From NCBI GenBank assembly GCA_963786955.1, contig CAWBAT010000004.1, positions 224,001 to 288,000 on the forward strand: a stretch of 64,000 nucleotides of DNA, written 5' to 3'. Position numbers and translations under genes: made by a program. Below the pieces are notes generated by a model. It saw only the letters and a list, made by a program, of their open reading frames with translations, was not told the origin of the DNA and searched no databases. Origin of the DNA: an uncultured Acidimicrobiia bacterium. GTDB taxonomy: Bacteria > Acidobacteriota > Terriglobia > Versatilivoradales > Versatilivoraceae. Below, in pieces: positions 1-10,205 of the stretch (its first letter is position 1; each line of letters starts with the position of its first letter).

Positions 1-70
1 TTCCATTCTAAGGGGTGGTTCATGGATCCCAAAACAATTTCGACGGGTCTTTAAAAAAGGCTGGTTATCG

Positions 71-847
71 GTGGCAGTAAGAATATCGGTATTGGCAAGC
101 AGCAGCTCCGGCAACTGTACATTTATCTCGACTTCTCGTACGAAGATTTTGCTGGACGCAGGAATCAGCCTTAGCCAGATCATCAAGCGTTTGAATTCGA
201 TCGGTGAATCGCTGGATCACCTCGATGCCGTGGTCATTTCTCATGAGCATATTGATCACGTCAACGGACTCGCAGCGATCCTAAGCAAAAAAGCTATCCC
301 CCTCTACATCACGAGAGAAACCTATGAGGCCATTGTCCCCTGTCCCCCCTGCTACTGCTTGGAGTTTATAGAATCCGGACAACCTTTCTCGATTAACGGC
401 CTTTCGATCTGCGGTTTTTCAATTCCTCATGATGCCGCCAACCCGTTGGGCTTTTGCCTGGAGGCTGAAGGGATCCGCATCGGGCATGTGACGGACCTGG
501 GGTATCTGACGGAACTCGTGGTGCAACGATTGAAGGGTTGTGATGTCATTGTTCTAGAATCCAATCACGATCTGGAAATGCTCAAGGTCGGCCCCTACCC
601 CTGGCCGCTAAAACAGCGGATCATGAGCAGTCAGGGACATTTGTCAAACGAGGTGGTGGGACGGTTTCTGAACGAGGAATTTGATGGCAAAGCTCGGCAC
701 ATTGTTTTAGCCCATCTGAGTGAAAGCAATAACCACCCCGACATCGTGCGCATGGTGGCGGCCCAGTCACTGGAACCCAGAGGGTTTGATTTGGGGAACC
801 TTCACGTGGCCAGTAAAACAAGCCCGAGCCCGATGATTCATTTATGA
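71..847 (+). CDS. MBL-fold metallo-hydrolase (YycJ/WalJ-like)
   Basis: LASSSSGN N-terminus, SHEHIDH metal motif, PHDA, TDLG, LESNHD, GHLSN and LAHLSESNN motifs typical of the YycJ/PhnP family. Confidence 0.85.
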   Translation: MAVRISVLASSSSGNCTFISTSRTKILLDAGISLSQIIKRLNSIGESLDHLDAVVISHEHIDHVNGLAAILSKKAIPLYITRETYEAIVPCPPCYCLEFIESGQPFSINGLSICGFSIPHDAANPLGFCLEAEGIRIGHVTDLGYLTELVVQRLKGCDVIVLESNHDLEMLKVGPYPWPLKQRIMSSQGHLSNEVVGRFLNEEFDGKARHIVLAHLSESNNHPDIVRMVAAQSLEPRGFDLGNLHVASKTSPSPMIHL

Positions 848-859
848 AAGGATAATTCC

Positions 860-2170
860 TTGATTTCACGATATACCCGCCCCCCCATGGGGAAAATCTG
901 GTCGGAAGAGAACAAATACCGAAAATGGTTAGCGGTGGAAATCGCAACCTGTGAGACCCTTGCCGAAATGGGAATCATCCCAGCTGAATCGGTATCGATT
1001 ATCAAAGCCAAAGCAAACTTCAGCGTGAAGCGTATTGACGAGATTGAGAAAGAGGTCAAGCACGATGTTATTGCTTTCACTACTTCCGTGGCTGAATTTG
1101 TCGGTCCGGAATCGCGATACGTTCATTACGGACTGACCTCATCGGATGTTGTGGATACGGCATTAGCGCTTCAGCTCAAAGAAGCCTCAGTCATTTTGGT
1201 GGAAGACTTGGAAGCCTTGCTGACCGCTTTGAAGCATCGTGCTCACGAACATCGTTACACCGTGATGGTGGGCCGCACGCACGGGATCCATGCCGAACCC
1301 ACGACATTGGGTCTGAAGTTGGCAGTTTGGTATGCAGAGGCTCAAAGGAATATGCGTCGCCTCAAGAACGCCATCGAAAATGTTTTGGTCGGGAAAATCT
1401 CGGGAGCCGTCGGCACCTTTGCGCATCTCGAGCCTGCCGTCGAAGAGTCTGTCTGCCGGCGAGTGGGTCTGCAGTTCGATCCGATCTCCACGCAGATTGT
1501 CCAACGCGACCGGCATGCTGAGTTTCTGGCAGTCTTAGCCATTATTGCTGCAAGTTTGGAAAAGATTGCCACCGAAGTCCGCGGGTTACAACGCACCGAG
1601 ATTCGTGAAGTCGAAGAATATTTTTCTCCCGGGCAAAAAGGTTCCTCAGCCATGCCTCACAAGCGAAATCCCGTTACTTGCGAACAAATTTGCGGTCTTG
1701 CCAGAGTCGTCCGGTCGAATCTCCAGGCCGGTCTGGAAAATGTGGCTCTTTGGCATGAGCGAGACATTTCCCATTCTTCGGCGGAGAGAATCATCTTGCC
1801 CGACTCGGTAATTCTTGTCGATTACTTACTAACCAAAACAAAAAATCTGGTTGAGAAAATGTTTGTTTATCCCGAGCGCATGATAGAGAATCTAAACCTG
1901 ATGAAGGGACTGATTTTTTCCGGCCAAATATTACTCGATCTAACTTACAAGGGAGTGACTCGTGAGGATGCCTATCGATGGGTGCAACGCAACGCCATGC
2001 GGGTCTGGAATAACGAGGGCGACTTCAGAACCTGGGTGATAAAAGACGAAGATATCGTAAAACACCTCTCTCCCGCGGAAATCGAAAGGGCCTTCGACCT
2101 CAACCATCAGATTCGGCATGTAGACACTATTTTCAAACGTGTTTTTCAATCTTCCAACGCTAAGGGGTAA
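860..2170 (+). CDS. purB: Adenylosuccinate lyase
   Basis: MISRYT start, KHDV, HYGLTSSD, GRTHGIHAEP, fumarase-superfamily signature GSSAMPHKRNP; pur operon context. Confidence 0.97.
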   Translation: MISRYTRPPMGKIWSEENKYRKWLAVEIATCETLAEMGIIPAESVSIIKAKANFSVKRIDEIEKEVKHDVIAFTTSVAEFVGPESRYVHYGLTSSDVVDTALALQLKEASVILVEDLEALLTALKHRAHEHRYTVMVGRTHGIHAEPTTLGLKLAVWYAEAQRNMRRLKNAIENVLVGKISGAVGTFAHLEPAVEESVCRRVGLQFDPISTQIVQRDRHAEFLAVLAIIAASLEKIATEVRGLQRTEIREVEEYFSPGQKGSSAMPHKRNPVTCEQICGLARVVRSNLQAGLENVALWHERDISHSSAERIILPDSVILVDYLLTKTKNLVEKMFVYPERMIENLNLMKGLIFSGQILLDLTYKGVTREDAYRWVQRNAMRVWNNEGDFRTWVIKDEDIVKHLSPAEIERAFDLNHQIRHVDTIFKRVFQSSNAKG

Positions 2171-2179
2171 GCTGCTCTC

Positions 2180-2425
2180 ATGAAAGCAAGAGTCTTTGTC
2201 AGCCTGAAAAAAAGTGTTCTCGATCCTCAAGGCAAGACCATCCATCGTAGCCTGCAGAACCTGGGATATGAAAATGTCAAAGACGTCAGGCAGGGGAAAG
2301 TCTTTGAGATCGATTTGAATAACCACTTGAGCCCAGAGGATGCCCGACAAGAGATTGAGCAGATGGCGCAGTCCGTTCTGGCCAATCCAATCATTGAGCA
2401 GTACAGCTATGAAATCGAAGGATAA
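2180..2425 (+). CDS. purS: FGAM synthase subunit PurS
   Basis: [22 protein letters not shown] motifs; 81 aa; precedes purQ. Confidence 0.95.
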   Translation: MKARVFVSLKKSVLDPQGKTIHRSLQNLGYENVKDVRQGKVFEIDLNNHLSPEDARQEIEQMAQSVLANPIIEQYSYEIEG

Positions 2426-2433
2426 CGAGCGCC

Positions 2434-3132
2434 ATGAAATTCGGTGTGTTGATATTTCCCGGTAGCAATTGCGAACATGATACCTACCATATGGTGTCCA
2501 AAGTTCTCGAACAACCGGCGCAGTTTATTTGGCACCAGTCTGAGGACCTGGCCGGTTGTGACGCAATTCTGGTTCCCGGCGGCTTTGCTTACGGGGACTA
2601 TTTAAGAACTGGAGCCATTGCGCGATTCTCGCCGGTCATGGGAGCAGTGAAGAAATTTGCTGCCTCCGGAGGACTGGTGCTCGGGATTTGCAACGGATTT
2701 CAAATTCTCTTGGAATCAGGCCTACTTCCGGGAGCCATGCTCAAGAATCAGGGACTCAAATATGTCTGCCGTCACGTGTGTATCCGGGTCGAATCATCGG
2801 CTACTCCTTTTACGGTGTCTTTACGCAAAGATCAGGTCTTGAATATTCCGATTGGGCATATGGAAGGAAACTATTATGCGGACGCCCAAACGCTCTCGCA
2901 ACTGGAAAGGAACCAGCAGATCATTTTTCGCTATTGCACGGCGCAGGGCGAGATCACGGATGTTGCCAATCCCAACGGCTCTCTATTCAATATTGCAGGG
3001 ATCTGCAATGAAGGCCGGAATGTGTTGGGCATGATGCCCCATCCTGAGCGCGCCAGCGAGAAAATACTCGGCAGCGAAGATGGTCTGTTGATTTTTGAAT
3101 CCATGGTTCGTTCCATGGCGCATGCGGTCTGA
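2434..3132 (+). CDS. purQ: FGAM synthase glutaminase subunit PurQ
   Basis: [39 protein letters not shown]. Confidence 0.97.
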   Translation: MKFGVLIFPGSNCEHDTYHMVSKVLEQPAQFIWHQSEDLAGCDAILVPGGFAYGDYLRTGAIARFSPVMGAVKKFAASGGLVLGICNGFQILLESGLLPGAMLKNQGLKYVCRHVCIRVESSATPFTVSLRKDQVLNIPIGHMEGNYYADAQTLSQLERNQQIIFRYCTAQGEITDVANPNGSLFNIAGICNEGRNVLGMMPHPERASEKILGSEDGLLIFESMVRSMAHAV

Positions 3133-3148
3133 GGCAGAAGCAATCACG

Positions 3149-5443
3149 ATGATCACTGAAATACAAATTACTCCTGAACTGCTTGCTCAGCATAATCTGA
3201 CTGAAGAGGAATACCAGCGCATCGCGAGTTGCCTGGGACGACAACCCAATCTCACAGAACTGGGGATCTTCAGTGTGATGTGGAGTGAACATTGCAGCTA
3301 CAAGAGCTCCAAGGTCCATCTGAAACGGCTCCCCACCACTGGCCCGAGAATCCTGCAAGGGCCCGGTGAGAATGCTGGAATCATTGATATCGGGGACGAT
3401 TACGCCATCGCCTTCAAGATCGAGTCACACAACCACCCGAGCTTCATCGAACCTTATCAAGGAGCGGCAACCGGAGTCGGAGGCATCCTGCGGGATATCT
3501 TTACGATGGGAGCGCGTCCTATTGCAGCCATGAATTCCTTGCGCTTCGGCCCACTCACGCAGGTGCACAATCGAAGGATTATGGAAGGAGTCGTTGCCGG
3601 TATCGCGGGCTACGGAAACTGTTTCGGCGTACCCACCATTGGCGGCGAGGTGGTATTTGAGGAGTCTTATTCGCAGAACCCACTTGTGAATGCGTTCGCC
3701 CTGGGCATTTTCAAAAAGAACCAAATCTTTTATGGAAGAGCCAGCGGGGTTGGCAACCCGGTCATCTACGTCGGCTCAAAAACCGGACGGGACGGAATTC
3801 ACGGCGCCACGATGGCCTCTGCCGAGTTTGACGAGGAATCCGAAAGCAAGCGCCCCAACGTCCAGGTAGGCGACCCCTTCATGGAAAAGCTGCTGCTTGA
3901 AGCTTGTCTGGAGGCCATGAAAACCGGCGCGATCGTTGGAATTCAGGACATGGGCGCAGCCGGCTTGACGTGTTCGACCTGTGAAATGGGGTCCCGGGCA
4001 GGGACGGGAATGGAGGTTGACCTGCAATTTGTCCCCCAACGTGAGACGGGGATGTCGCCTTACGAAATCATGCTGAGCGAATCACAGGAACGCATGTTGC
4101 TGGTCGCTGAAAAAGGCCGCGAAGAAGAGATCCTGCAAGTCTTTCGCAAATGGGAGATAGACGCCGTCGTGATCGGGTGGGTCACCGACGATGCAATTCT
4201 GCGGGTGAAACATTTTGGTCAGGTCGTGGCAGAGATTCCGAACCGGGCTCTGACAGATGAAGCGCCCGTGTATCATCGCCCCTTAAAGCCACCTGAAATC
4301 AGTCCTGCGACCAACCCTGTCCAGCTCGATTTACCGGGACCAGAAGGGGGGCAGGGGAAACTTGACTTTAACGAGGTTTTAGGGCGCTTTCTTAGATCCC
4401 CTACACTTGCCTCCAAGGAATGGGTCTACCAGCAATATGACCATATGGTGCGCACGAATACCGCGCAATTGCCGGGCGCGGATGCTGCCGTCATTCGAAT
4501 TAAAGGAACGGATAAAGCCTTGGCGATGAGCTTGGATGGGAACGGCCGGTATTGCAAGAAAGACCCACGACGGGGTGCGCAAATCGCAGTTGCCGAGAGT
4601 TGTCGGAATTTGATTTGTGCGGGGGCACAACCGATAGCGGCGACCAATTGCCTGAATTTCGGGAACCCTCAGAAACCTGAAATTATGTGGCAATTCAGCG
4701 AGGCCATCGATGGCATTGCAGAAGCCTGCTTGACGTTTGAGACTCCGGTCACCGGCGGCAACGTGAGCTTTTACAATGAAACTCTCGGAGAGGGGATTTA
4801 CCCCACACCGGTCATCGGCATGGTGGGACTGATTGAACCCATTCGTGATGGGAGAGGGTCGTGGTTTGTTGACGACGGTGATATGATTGTTCTACTAGGC
4901 TCTCTGATTGATCCGGATTGTGCCTATTCCAAGGCGGCCAAGGAAACGCTGCGATCTTGCATGCGATGGATTCCCCTTGAAGAAGATCTTTATGCCCGTT
5001 GGGCAAACTTACTGCCCTGCCCTCCCATTGACCTGCAACAGGAGAAACGGGTACAAACGACCTGCCTGGAAGGAATTCGCTCAAGAGCGATTCTGTCTGC
5101 TCATGATTGTTCGGAAGGCGGACTGGCTATTGCGCTAGCCGAAATGAGTTTCTCCCACTTTACGGCATCGGCTAAGGGAGCGACGATTGAGATTCCTGGG
5201 GCTCATGCGCTGGAGAATGTACTGTTCGGAGAATATCAGTCTCGCATCCTGGTGACCGTGAAGGACCACGACCTTCCAGTTTTAGAAAGAATAGCTCATA
5301 CTCACTCTGTACGAATAACAAGAATTGGGAAGGTGGGAGGAAACGAGCTACGGATCTTCGTCGATGGTTCCCTGGTTGTAAGCCAGGACGTTCATGACGC
5401 TGAGAAGGGCTGGAGAACGAGTCTGGGACATTATTTTGATTGA
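3149..5443 (+). CDS. purL: FGAM synthase subunit PurL
   Basis: [48 protein letters not shown]. Start placed at ATG 3149, after the purQ stop, rather than 3095. Confidence 0.96.
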   Translation: MITEIQITPELLAQHNLTEEEYQRIASCLGRQPNLTELGIFSVMWSEHCSYKSSKVHLKRLPTTGPRILQGPGENAGIIDIGDDYAIAFKIESHNHPSFIEPYQGAATGVGGILRDIFTMGARPIAAMNSLRFGPLTQVHNRRIMEGVVAGIAGYGNCFGVPTIGGEVVFEESYSQNPLVNAFALGIFKKNQIFYGRASGVGNPVIYVGSKTGRDGIHGATMASAEFDEESESKRPNVQVGDPFMEKLLLEACLEAMKTGAIVGIQDMGAAGLTCSTCEMGSRAGTGMEVDLQFVPQRETGMSPYEIMLSESQERMLLVAEKGREEEILQVFRKWEIDAVVIGWVTDDAILRVKHFGQVVAEIPNRALTDEAPVYHRPLKPPEISPATNPVQLDLPGPEGGQGKLDFNEVLGRFLRSPTLASKEWVYQQYDHMVRTNTAQLPGADAAVIRIKGTDKALAMSLDGNGRYCKKDPRRGAQIAVAESCRNLICAGAQPIAATNCLNFGNPQKPEIMWQFSEAIDGIAEACLTFETPVTGGNVSFYNETLGEGIYPTPVIGMVGLIEPIRDGRGSWFVDDGDMIVLLGSLIDPDCAYSKAAKETLRSCMRWIPLEEDLYARWANLLPCPPIDLQQEKRVQTTCLEGIRSRAILSAHDCSEGGLAIALAEMSFSHFTASAKGATIEIPGAHALENVLFGEYQSRILVTVKDHDLPVLERIAHTHSVRITRIGKVGGNELRIFVDGSLVVSQDVHDAEKGWRTSLGHYFD

Positions 5444-5496
5444 TCCCGTGAACTCATGAAGGTGCGAAGAATTGGTTTCGGTGATACTCTGCGAGT

Positions 5497-5665
5497 GTCC
5501 CCCTTGGTAAAGGGGGACTCCAGGGGGTTCGTCCCTCATGACTTACGACCACCCCCTTGCCCCCTCCTAAACAAGGAGGGGAACCCAAATTGTAGCGGCG
5601 CTCTATGAGCGCCGACCAAGCCGTTGAAATGAAAAGAACACGGCGGTCGCAGACCGCCGCTACAA
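5497..5665. repeat. Cluster of REP-like palindromes, including an inverted GTAG-REP doublet
   Basis: GTCCCCCTT-ggta-AAGGGGGAC (5497-5518); CCCCTCCT-aaaca-AGGAGGGG (~5561-5581); TTGTAGCGGCGCTCTATGAGCGCCG (5590-5614) inverted against CGGCGGTCGCAGACCGCCGCTACAA (5641-5665). Confidence 0.75.
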
Positions 5666-5786
5666 CCGATTTCTTCAGGCCTGAATGGCGCAAGTGGATG
5701 GCGGGGACCTCTCTCTTTTTGCCAGGATAGAGCCAGTCGATTGACGTTTTCAGCATTCGTGGTTTAATCCCTGATAAGGAACTATT

Positions 5787-7178
5787 ATGGAAGACAAATT
5801 TCGTGAGGAATGCGGAGTATTCGGAATTTACAACCATGCCGATGCGGCCCGAATCACTTATCTCGGGCTTTACGCGTTGCAGCATCGGGGACAGGAAAGC
5901 GCTGGAATCATCTCTTCCGACCGGCAGCAACTGTACTCCGAAAAAGGCATGGGACACGTCGCCGAAATCTTTACTGAATCTCGCCTGGAAAACTTAAAGG
6001 GTGATGTCGCCATCGGTCATACCCGGTATTCAACGGCTGGCGACAGTTCCTTACGGAATGCGCAACCTTTTCACGCCACCTTCAGTAAAGGGAGTCTGGC
6101 GCTCGGTCATAACGGAAATCTGGTCAACGCCCAGGAGATTCGCACCCAACTCGAATCTGAAGGATCAATTTTCTATTCCACCAGCGACAGTGAAGTGATT
6201 TTGCATCTGATCGCCAAATCCCGGCAGCCCAGCATCGAAGAGGCTATTCAAGAGGCCTTGCTCCAAGTTACTGGCGCCTATTCCTTAGTCTTTCTGACCC
6301 CTGAGAAGATGATTGCGGTCAGGGACCCTCGAGGTTTTAGGCCGCTCTGTTTTGGATATCTCGACGGGTCTCCAGTAGTCGCGTCAGAGAGTTGTGCCTT
6401 TGACTTGATTGATGCGGAATTTGAACGGGAAATCGAACCGGGTGAAATGTTGATCTTCTCGGAGGAAGGCGTCGACTCACGCAAGATTTTTCCTCCGGTT
6501 AATCCCGCCTTTTGCATCTTCGAGCATGTATACTTTTCCAGACCTGACAGTGTGGTCTTCGGGAGGTCGGTCTACCAAAGCCGTTACCTTTTAGGCAAGA
6601 CGTTGGCTCGAGAAAAACCTGCGCAGGCCGAAATTGTAGTCCCTGTTCCTGACTCGGGAGTCGCAGCGGCCATTGGGTTCTCTCACGAATCGGGGATCCC
6701 TTTTGAATTCGGGTTGATCCGCAATCATTACGTTGGACGGACTTTCATTGAACCGAGACAAGCCATCCGGCACTTTGGAGTGAGAATCAAACTAAACCCG
6801 GTTAAAGACCTGCTCCAGGGAAAGCGGGTGATTTTAGTGGATGATTCCATTGTCCGGGGGACTACCAGCCGGAAGATCGTGAAGATGGTGCGTGCCGCAG
6901 GTGCCACTGAAGTCCATATGAGAATCAGTTGCCCCCCCACGATTTCTCCTTGCTACTACGGTGTCGACACACCTACCAAAAGAGAACTCATCGCTTCCAG
7001 CCACACGGTGGAAGAAACTTGCAAATACATTGAAGCCGACTCTCTAGGATACTTGAGTCACGCCGGGATGCTCCGAGCCTGCGGGGTTTCGGAAGAAGAG
7101 AATCATTTCTGTTCGGCATGTTACACAGGAAAATACCCTGTCGAGTTTCCGTTAAACAGCCTGGTACAGATTCGGTGA
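5787..7178 (+). CDS. purF: Amidophosphoribosyltransferase
   Basis: Propeptide then EECGVFG, LQHRGQESAG, GHTRYSTAG, PRT motif VDDSIVRGTT, Fe-S cysteines (FCSAC); SD AAGGA. Confidence 0.97.
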   Translation: MEDKFREECGVFGIYNHADAARITYLGLYALQHRGQESAGIISSDRQQLYSEKGMGHVAEIFTESRLENLKGDVAIGHTRYSTAGDSSLRNAQPFHATFSKGSLALGHNGNLVNAQEIRTQLESEGSIFYSTSDSEVILHLIAKSRQPSIEEAIQEALLQVTGAYSLVFLTPEKMIAVRDPRGFRPLCFGYLDGSPVVASESCAFDLIDAEFEREIEPGEMLIFSEEGVDSRKIFPPVNPAFCIFEHVYFSRPDSVVFGRSVYQSRYLLGKTLAREKPAQAEIVVPVPDSGVAAAIGFSHESGIPFEFGLIRNHYVGRTFIEPRQAIRHFGVRIKLNPVKDLLQGKRVILVDDSIVRGTTSRKIVKMVRAAGATEVHMRISCPPTISPCYYGVDTPTKRELIASSHTVEETCKYIEADSLGYLSHAGMLRACGVSEEENHFCSACYTGKYPVEFPLNSLVQIR

Positions 7179-7289
7179 GTCGTATTTTTCACCCCTTCAG
7201 AACCGTCAGATACCCCGGTAGGCATTCGCTTCTCCCCCACCCAGGCTATGATTCAAGCAACGCCAAGAAATGGAAAGAAAATCCAAGCC

Positions 7290-8330
7290 ATGACAAAGCA
7301 GATTTCAAGCTATCGTGAAGCTGGGGTCGATATCGATCGGGCCAATCAAGCCAAGAAGAAAATCAAGTTCCTCGCCAAACAAACATTCACTCGTGGCGTT
7401 TTAACAGAGATTGGCGGTTTCGGCGGGCTGTTCTCTCTCAATCACCATCACAATGGCCAGACCGTTTTGGTATCCAGTGTTGACGGAGTGGGAACTAAAT
7501 TGAAGATCGCCTTCGCCACCGGGATTCATGATACGGTTGGCAAGGATCTCGTGTCCCATTGCGTCAATGACATCCTGGTCCAGGGTGCCACGCCGCTTTT
7601 TTTCATGGATTACATTGCCACCGGGAAGCTATCCCCCCAGATCGTTGCCGAAGTCGTCAAAGGCATCGCCGCAGGTTGCAGGGAAGCGGGTTGCGCGCTT
7701 CTAGGAGGCGAAACGGCCGAAATGCCCGGCTTCTATCAGGAAGGTGAATATGACCTGGCGGGATTTATCGTCGGAGTAGTGGAAAAACGAAAGATTATCG
7801 ATGGAAAGAGCATTCGATCGGGTCATGTCATTCTTGGCATTCCTTCCGCAGGCCTGCACACCAATGGTTATTCCTTAGCGCGCAAACTCCTATTGGAATC
7901 AGCAGCCTATGGAGTGGACAGTTTTCTGCCGGAACTCAATGCAACAGTTGGAGAGGCTCTGTTGGCTCCCCATCTCAACTATCTGCCCGTACTGAAACCC
8001 TTAATCGCGAAGAGATTGGTCAAGGGGTTGTCTCATATCACGGGTGGGGGGTTGACGGAAAATATCCCCAGGATACTTCCCCCTCGTTGTAATGCCCGGA
8101 TTCGGCTAAGGTCGTGGCCGGTTCCGCCCATCTTCCATCTGCTGCAACGCCTCGGAAATATCCCGGAACAGGAAATGCTGCGAACTTTCAATATGGGAAT
8201 CGGAATGGTTTTAGTTGTCTCCCCCCGAGACCTTCCTAGCATCCTGCGTTATTTCAAGGGTCGACGAGAAACCGTGTACCCGCTTGGCGAGATTGGCACC
8301 GGGGCTAACAAGGTTGTCTACCAGTCATGA
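7290..8330 (+). CDS. purM: Phosphoribosylformylglycinamidine cyclo-ligase (AIR synthase)
   Basis: YREAGVDID, DGVGTK, GGETAEMPG, GLHTNGYSL, HITGGG, TFNMGIG; start 7290 (alternative 7248). Confidence 0.96.
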   Translation: MTKQISSYREAGVDIDRANQAKKKIKFLAKQTFTRGVLTEIGGFGGLFSLNHHHNGQTVLVSSVDGVGTKLKIAFATGIHDTVGKDLVSHCVNDILVQGATPLFFMDYIATGKLSPQIVAEVVKGIAAGCREAGCALLGGETAEMPGFYQEGEYDLAGFIVGVVEKRKIIDGKSIRSGHVILGIPSAGLHTNGYSLARKLLLESAAYGVDSFLPELNATVGEALLAPHLNYLPVLKPLIAKRLVKGLSHITGGGLTENIPRILPPRCNARIRLRSWPVPPIFHLLQRLGNIPEQEMLRTFNMGIGMVLVVSPRDLPSILRYFKGRRETVYPLGEIGTGANKVVYQS

Positions 8331-8947
8331 AGAAACTTGGGATTCTACTTTCAGGACGCGGGTCGAACTTCGAGGCGATTGCACAGCATATTGAGAATGG
8401 GAAACTGGATGCAGAGATTGCTCTTGTCCTCGGCAACGTCCAGGAAGCCCCTGGACTCGCACGTGCGAGGCAGCGAGGGCTGGAAACCCTTTTCCTCCCT
8501 TCAAAAGGATTGGATCGGGGGAGTTATGACCAAGAGTTGGTCGCCGCGTTGAAAGCCAGACAAGTCAATCTTGTCTGCCTGGCAGGCTTCATGCGATTAT
8601 TGAGCGCGACTTTCATCGAGGCATTCCCTCGCCGGATTCTGAACATTCACCCTTCGCTGCTGCCGGCTTTCCCGGGGCTCGATGCCCAGCGCCAGGCTCT
8701 GCAATATGGTGTGAGGTATTCCGGTTGTACGGTTCACTTCGTGGATGAGGGTTTAGATTCGGGTCCCATTATCTTGCAGAGAGTCGTCCCCGTGCTTCCA
8801 GACGATTCGGAGCACACCCTGGCAGACCGCATCCTGGCAGAAGAACACCAAATTTATTCCGAGGCAATTCAATTGGTTTTGCAGAACCGAATTCGCATCG
8901 AAGCCAGAAGGGTTATCATCTTGCCTGAAAAGGAGTTTTTGGGCTGA
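8327..8947 (+). CDS. purN: Phosphoribosylglycinamide formyltransferase
   Basis: [34 protein letters not shown]; ATGA overlap with purM. Confidence 0.96.
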   Translation: MKKLGILLSGRGSNFEAIAQHIENGKLDAEIALVLGNVQEAPGLARARQRGLETLFLPSKGLDRGSYDQELVAALKARQVNLVCLAGFMRLLSATFIEAFPRRILNIHPSLLPAFPGLDAQRQALQYGVRYSGCTVHFVDEGLDSGPIILQRVVPVLPDDSEHTLADRILAEEHQIYSEAIQLVLQNRIRIEARRVIILPEKEFLG

Positions 8948-10188
8948 ACCATACCATTCCTGAACAACTCGACTATATTTCCAGAGGCTCTGTTGAGATC
9001 ATCCGAGCCGAAGAGCTCAAGACCAAACTGGAGCGCTTTGCGAAGAGCGGAAAGCCACTACGCGTCAAGGCTGGGTTCGATCCTACCGCTCCGGATCTTC
9101 ATCTGGGGCATACGGTGCTCATCCGCAAACTGAAACACTTTCAAGATCTGGGTCACACGGTTATTTTCATGATCGGCGATTTTACAGGCATGATCGGTGA
9201 CCCCAGCGGACGGAATGTGGTGAGAAAACAGCTGTCCCGTGAAGAAGTTGCCAAGAATGCCGATACATACAAAGAACAAGTTTTTAAGATTCTTGATCCC
9301 CAGAAAACGGTCCTGGATTTTAACAGCCGCTGGATGTCGGCGCTCTCAAGTGAAGATTTTGTCCGGTTGGCATCACACTATACGGTGGCACGCATGCTTG
9401 AGCGGGATGATTTCAATAATCGGCTCAAAAATAATCAGCCCATCTCTATGCATGAAATTCTCTACCCTCTCGTCCAGGGTTATGACTCCGTGGTTCTAAA
9501 GGCTGACGTGGAATTGGGAGGAACCGATCAAAAATTTAATTTACTCGTTGGTCGGGAATTGCAAAAGGAATACGGACAGGAACCGCAAGTCGTTCTCACG
9601 ATGCCGATCCTGGAGGGATTAGACGGCGTGCAGAAAATGTCCAAGTCCTTAAACAACTATATTGGGATTAAAGACCCCCCCCAGGAAATGTTCGGGAAGG
9701 TCATGTCGATCTCCGATGAGCTGATGTTTCGCTACTATGAACTCTGCTCGGACGTTCGAATGTCAGAAATCAATGAGCTCCGCCAAGACATTGTATCAGG
9801 GAAAAGACACCCCCGAATGGTTAAGGCTGAGCTGGCAAAACTGATTATTCGCGATTTTCATTCACCGGAAGCGGCGGTGGCTGCGGAACAGGAATTTAAT
9901 CGAATCTTCGTACAGAAGAAGGATCCAGAAGACATCGAGGAAAAAAGACTTCACGGGTCTCATCAGAAAATCCGTTTAGCCAAGTTGATCGCCCAATTTG
10001 GACTGGCGCCCTCAGCCACGGAAGCCCATCGGTTGATCGAACAAGGAGCGGTGACCTGGAATAATGAACGGGTTTCGAACATCAGAGCGGAGCTGGACTG
10101 CTCCATTCCGACCACGCACATTCTTAAAGTCGGTAAGCGCCGATTCGTGAAAGTTATTGTAGAATCTAATTCCAGCCCACAATCCTAA
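8944..10188 (+). CDS. tyrS: Tyrosine--tRNA ligase (probable CTG start)
   Basis: The frame extends upstream of the listed ORF through [15 protein letters not shown] (HIGH motif); also [21 protein letters not shown] and a C-terminal S4 domain. In-frame TGA at 8926; CTG at 8944 lies 8 nt after AGGAG. Confidence 0.93.
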   Translation: MNHTIPEQLDYISRGSVEIIRAEELKTKLERFAKSGKPLRVKAGFDPTAPDLHLGHTVLIRKLKHFQDLGHTVIFMIGDFTGMIGDPSGRNVVRKQLSREEVAKNADTYKEQVFKILDPQKTVLDFNSRWMSALSSEDFVRLASHYTVARMLERDDFNNRLKNNQPISMHEILYPLVQGYDSVVLKADVELGGTDQKFNLLVGRELQKEYGQEPQVVLTMPILEGLDGVQKMSKSLNNYIGIKDPPQEMFGKVMSISDELMFRYYELCSDVRMSEINELRQDIVSGKRHPRMVKAELAKLIIRDFHSPEAAVAAEQEFNRIFVQKKDPEDIEEKRLHGSHQKIRLAKLIAQFGLAPSATEAHRLIEQGAVTWNNERVSNIRAELDCSIPTTHILKVGKRRFVKVIVESNSSPQS

Positions 10189-10205
10189 TCGGGAGATGAA
10201 GCGGG

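Noticed and set aside
5454-5957. 167-aa minus-strand ORF across the purL-purF gap
   Set aside because: Translates REP palindromes and the antisense of purF; no family motifs
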